This document shows, one piece after another, positions 57,699 to 64,000 of a DNA stretch of 64,000 nt (position 1 is the first letter of the stretch; each line of letters begins with the position of its first letter). A program made the translations under genes and the position numbers. The notes below the pieces were generated by a model, which searched no databases, was not told where the DNA came from, and saw only the letters and a program-made list of their open reading frames with translations. Source of the DNA: Candidatus Multivoradales bacterium (GTDB taxonomy: Bacteria; Acidobacteriota; Thermoanaerobaculia; Multivoradales; J023); contig CBDFLE010000006.1 in NCBI GenBank assembly GCA_965248925.1, forward strand, positions 4,512,001-4,576,000, read 5' to 3'.

Positions 57699-57904
57699 GC
57701 GCTAGCGACTTGAAAAGCTCGCTGTTGCCGCGTCGCGAGCGAGATCGGCACAGCTCTTTTGGTGCGATGACGGCCCTTTTGACGTGTGGCGTAGATATCA
57801 AGTGGGCAAGGCGCAGGCAATGTGCTAAAGTATCTCCCGTCGACTATTGACATGGATAGGTGATTTGAAACCCACACCGAGCGGGTCTCTGCGCTAGGAG
57901 GTAG

Positions 57905-58909
57905 CGGTGGAGACAATGCAGCGCATTGCCGCTGACCGCTCGAATGCGGAACAAGAGCCGCACAGAGGGGCGAAAGGATCGCCAGTTGGGGGTACAGCTG
58001 GCACAGTTGGCGCTGGAGAGTCTTGAAGGTATTGCCGAAACTGGCTCGTCTGAAAAGCATCGGAACCTTCTTGCCCATGGGTGGACTTGGTTGGGAAGAG
58101 CTTATCGCGTGGCATTGGACTTCCTGGCTGTTCACCAAGCCTTACGACGTGCGTCTGAGGAACTACCGCCTAAAGCTGATCTGCTGGTACGTGCAGAATT
58201 GCTGGTCAACAAGGCTTGTCTGAGCTGGGCACAGCGGTGCTACGAAGACGCTTTGGCGTTCGCGAATGGCGCTCTGCCTCTGTTCCGCAACCTAGGAAAC
58301 ACCGGTTTCTTGGTCGAGGCTCTAGTCCTGCACTCGAACATCGTGAGGAAGGCACGGAGTGTTGAGGCGGCACTGCCGGATCTCATTGAAGCCCAGGAAC
58401 TGGTGGGGCGTTGGGCGGCGGCCGATCAACAGCTTGTTCTTGCGATCCACTCCAGCCTTGCCGATCTCCAAACCTCCGCGGGTAACTACCGCGCCGCGGC
58501 CCGAACCATAGCTACCGCGCGGGCCGATGCTCGTGAAGATGCGACCAATGAATTCAGTCTGGCCTTGCTGCAAGCCCAGGAAGGTCGTATCGCACTCGGT
58601 GAGAATCGCCTTTTGGAGGCGATCGACGTGCTAGAGCAGGCTCGCGAGAGATTTGTTTCATTGTAAGAGCTAGCGCCAGCTACACTGGTCTCCCTCGACT
58701 TGGCCGGTTTGTACATGCGGCAAGAGCGCCAGTCGGAAGTGGTCCGCATTGCAACGGACCTTCTTCCCATCTTTCGGGCCTATCGAATCGATAGTGGGAA
58801 GTTCGTGGCCAGCCAGCTCCTTGAAAACGCGCTGGAGTCGCAGACGGTCACTGAGAGTCTCTTGCAGCAGCTACGAGTTCTTGCGGTCGAGTATTTGCCC
58901 GGTCTCTAG
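57905..58909 (+). pseudogene. TPR-like helical-repeat protein, N-truncated, with an in-frame TAA at 58664
   Basis: ORFs 57926-58666 and 58700-58909 share one frame separated by a single TAA; A....G.A.R....F..A..AL..A repeats; in-frame TAG at 57902. Confidence 0.68.
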
Positions 58910-59244
58910 AGCCAGTCCTTCATCCGTGCGGGTCAATCGCAAGATTGAACCTCCCTCGGCGCCTTGCTTCAATCCCGACGTGCCACCCGTTCAATCGCGC
59001 GTGGTGCCGTTCCTTTTGCATCTCCTCTTTCCTCTCGAAGCTGCTCCCTAGCCGGTCGACATGACCACCGAAGGTCAGCTCCTAGCACGACCCTAGCCTC
59101 ACTTCGGCGAAATATGCAGTCTTTTTGGTCGGTCTTTTGTGGCAGAAACCGATGGCCGGAAAGGTGAGCCCGCCGGGCGGAACTCCAGTCAGAATGCTCT
59201 GGCAAACGCGACCGGCGTTGCCTGAGGTCTGCTTCCCCTCCGAT

Positions 59245-59300
59245 TGGCGGTCGCAGTGGATCCGAGCATCCCCCGCCACTGCGATCGCCACCCTCTTTTT
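59245..59300 (+). terminator. 15-bp hairpin with a C-rich loop and T-tract
   Basis: TGGCGGTCGCAGTGG-16 nt-CCACTGCGATCGCCA followed by CCCTCTTTTT. Confidence 0.55.
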
Positions 59301-59377
59301 CTCCTGAGCAAGAAAATGCTGGCTCTCATCACCGCTACCGCAACCATGGAAGAGCTGGGTGGCAGGAGGTTATTTCT

Positions 59378-59788
59378 ATGACCAAGGCCCTCGCTCCCAA
59401 GCTCGACGATGTGGCGAATCTGTTGCTACTATCGGAGGAGGCGAGTGCCGATCTCGGCAAGCTAACTCGGTACCTGATCAGCAGAGATCCATTGACGGGT
59501 CCGCTGCTGGCTGAGTTGCACCGGAAGGCCCAGGAGGCCCGCATCCAGATCGGCACTTTTCACTGGGCGTTCTCGGCGTTGCCGCTGAGCGGCGAGGTGG
59601 ACTTGCTGCTCTCTGCGGATGGGCGGACCTGGAAGCGCGCCCATGACTTGCTCGATCCAGAGCGGGATCGCGGCATAGACTACGTGGGTTTGATCACCGT
59701 GCTCGATGCGCGGATTGCGCGTTTCCGTGGCAACAAGATCCGGATGCGGCAGATCTGCCAGCGGCTGGCTAGGGTAGCGGAAAGGTAG
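59378..59788 (+). CDS. hypothetical protein
   Basis: SD CAGGAGG; 136 aa; has a decayed paralog at 54.7 kb. Confidence 0.7.
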   Translation: MTKALAPKLDDVANLLLLSEEASADLGKLTRYLISRDPLTGPLLAELHRKAQEARIQIGTFHWAFSALPLSGEVDLLLSADGRTWKRAHDLLDPERDRGIDYVGLITVLDARIARFRGNKIRMRQICQRLARVAER

Positions 59789-59843
59789 GCAGGGGAGACC
59801 AAGACCCAGGCGTTTGGGAACGCTAGCCAGAAACAAAGAGAAC

Positions 59844-60392
59844 TCAGGCGGAACGCGAGTCGAGCGAATAGCGGGCGACGGCCTGCTGCCAATCGCCGCG
59901 AGCTTTCAAGATCAGCTCGATCATCTCGCGCACGACCCCCTCGCCGCCGCGAGTGGCGAGCACTCGGTGGACCACGGAGCGCACTTCGGCGACGGCGTCG
60001 GCGGGGGCGAAGCTCAAGCCGGAGCGGCCCAGTACCGGCAGGTCTTGCAGGTCGTCGCCGATGTAGGCCACCTCAGCCGGGTTGACCCGCTGCTCGGCGA
60101 GGAAGCTGTCGAAGTCGGCGCCCTTGTCACCGGAACCAAGAATGCTGGCGTCGAGGTCGAGTTCGTGAACGCGACGCTCCAGCGGCCGGCATTTGCGGCC
60201 GGAGAGCAGGCCGACCCGCAGCCCAGCTCCCTGCGCCAGGCGCATGGCCAGACCATCGCGGACGTGGAAGATCTTGACCTGCTCGCCGCGCCAGGTGTAG
60301 ACCAAGCGGCCGTCGGTGAGCACGCCGTCGACATCGAGCAGAATCCACGCCAGGCCGGCGGCGCTCTTGGCGAAAGTGGCATCGCTAATCAT
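59844..60392 (-). CDS. kdsC: 3-deoxy-D-manno-octulosonate 8-phosphate phosphatase
   Basis: DVDGVLTDG, F.VRDG, YIGDD..D, GG.G.VRE motifs. Confidence 0.93.
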   Translation of the reverse strand: MISDATFAKSAAGLAWILLDVDGVLTDGRLVYTWRGEQVKIFHVRDGLAMRLAQGAGLRVGLLSGRKCRPLERRVHELDLDASILGSGDKGADFDSFLAEQRVNPAEVAYIGDDLQDLPVLGRSGLSFAPADAVAEVRSVVHRVLATRGGEGVVREMIELILKARGDWQQAVARYSLDSRSA

Positions 60393-61374
60393 TAGAAAAG
60401 CTCCAGTCCCCACAGGTCGTGCAGATGTATCAGGCCCTGCAAGTGGCCGCCGGTGTCGCAGACGAAGAGCGCCGTGATGCGATGTTCTTCCATCTCATGT
60501 AGGGCCGCCGAAGCCAGCGGATCGGCGGCAATGGTGCGTGGCTGGCGGTGCATGCAGTCGGCGGCGCGGCGGGCCAGCAGGCTGTCACCCTCAGCCAGTA
60601 GGCGGCGCAGGTCGCCGTCGGAGATGCAGCCCTCCAAGCGGCCTTCGGCGTTGGTGACGGCGGTGATACCTGCGCCTTTGGAGGAGATCTCGACGATCAC
60701 CTGCGCCATCGAAGTGTCTTGATCGACCCGCGGCAGACGGTCGCCGGTGCGCATCAGTTCGCTGACTCGTAGTAGTTTTTTGCCTAGCTGGCCGCCGGGA
60801 TGCAGCTTGGCGAAGTCTTCGTGGGTGAAGCCACGAGTCTCGAGCAAGGCCATGGCCAAGGCGTCGCCCATCGCCAGGGTGGCGGTGGTCGAAGCGGTCG
60901 GCGCCAGGTCCAGGGGACAAGCTTCTTGGTCGATGGCCACCGGTAGGTGGACGTCGGCGTGGCGAGCTAGCGGGCTGCTAGCCTTGGCGGTCATCACCAC
61001 GACCGGCACTCCCAGGCGGCCGATCAGCTCGACCAGTCGCAGCAGTTCCTCGGTTGTGCCGGAGTAGGACGCCGCCAGCACCACGTCGCCGTCTACGACC
61101 ATGCCGAGATCACCGTGGATGGCTTCGGCAGGGTGGAGGAAGAAGGCCGGGGTGCCGGTGGAGGCGAGGGTGGCGGCGATTTTTTTCATCACCAGGCCGC
61201 TCTTGCCCATGCCGGAGCAGACCACTCGGCCGCGGCAGGCGGCGAGCAGGTCGACGGCGTGGTCGAAGCTGCTGTCGAGCTGGGCGACCAGGCCCTCGAT
61301 GGCGGCGGCTTCGATGCCCAGCACCCAGCGAGCCACCTCGCGCGGTGCGCGGCTGCGGGTGGGTGGGTCGCTGC

Positions 61375-61378
<4 letters not shown>
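60392..61378 (-). CDS. kdsD: arabinose-5-phosphate isomerase (KpsF/GutQ)
   Basis: GMGKSG, HPAEA.HGDLG, APTAST, HPGG.LG motifs; CBS pair. Confidence 0.94.
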
Positions 61379-63977
<2,599 letters not shown>

Positions 63978-64000
63978 CTAGCTGTTTTCGATCTCGGCCA

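Overview
GC-rich bacterial chromosome segment. The gene content (Kdo genes, TatT-type TRAP transporter, lipoprotein sulfatase, GspG-like and carboxypeptidase-regulatory-domain proteins) suggests an Acidobacteriota-like diderm, which is an inference. The housekeeping backbone carries fadI and fadJ, a CoA transferase, a TPAT transporter, a penicillin acylase, CIRCE-regulated groES-groEL (groEL has a 1-nt frameshift), pfkA, gap, two ECF sigma/anti-sigma loci, rfbB-rfbC, uppP, psd-recD2 and pyrG-kdsA-kdsD-kdsC. Accessory DNA occurs in four places. (1) A Fic gene lies between gap and pfkA. (2) A 27.2-33.3 kb defence-like island holds three type II TA pairs, an internally deleted fadJ relic and a coupled pair of STAND-like ATPases: an Mrr-type nuclease-ATPase and a membrane ATPase with a 23x12-bp VAxG repeat. 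(3) A cytoplasmic subtilase plus MBL-fold hydrolase two-gene operon lies at 37.9-41.1 kb. (4) A 54.7-59.8 kb cassette encodes a Cys-rich secreted peptide, a large beta-sandwich protein and a broken TPR gene, and is bracketed by a gene and its decayed copy. A ~65-nt sRNA candidate with its own promoter and terminator lies at 47.5 kb. I recognised no rRNA, tRNA, CRISPR array, integrase or transposase. All calls come from reading motifs by eye; no database searches were run.
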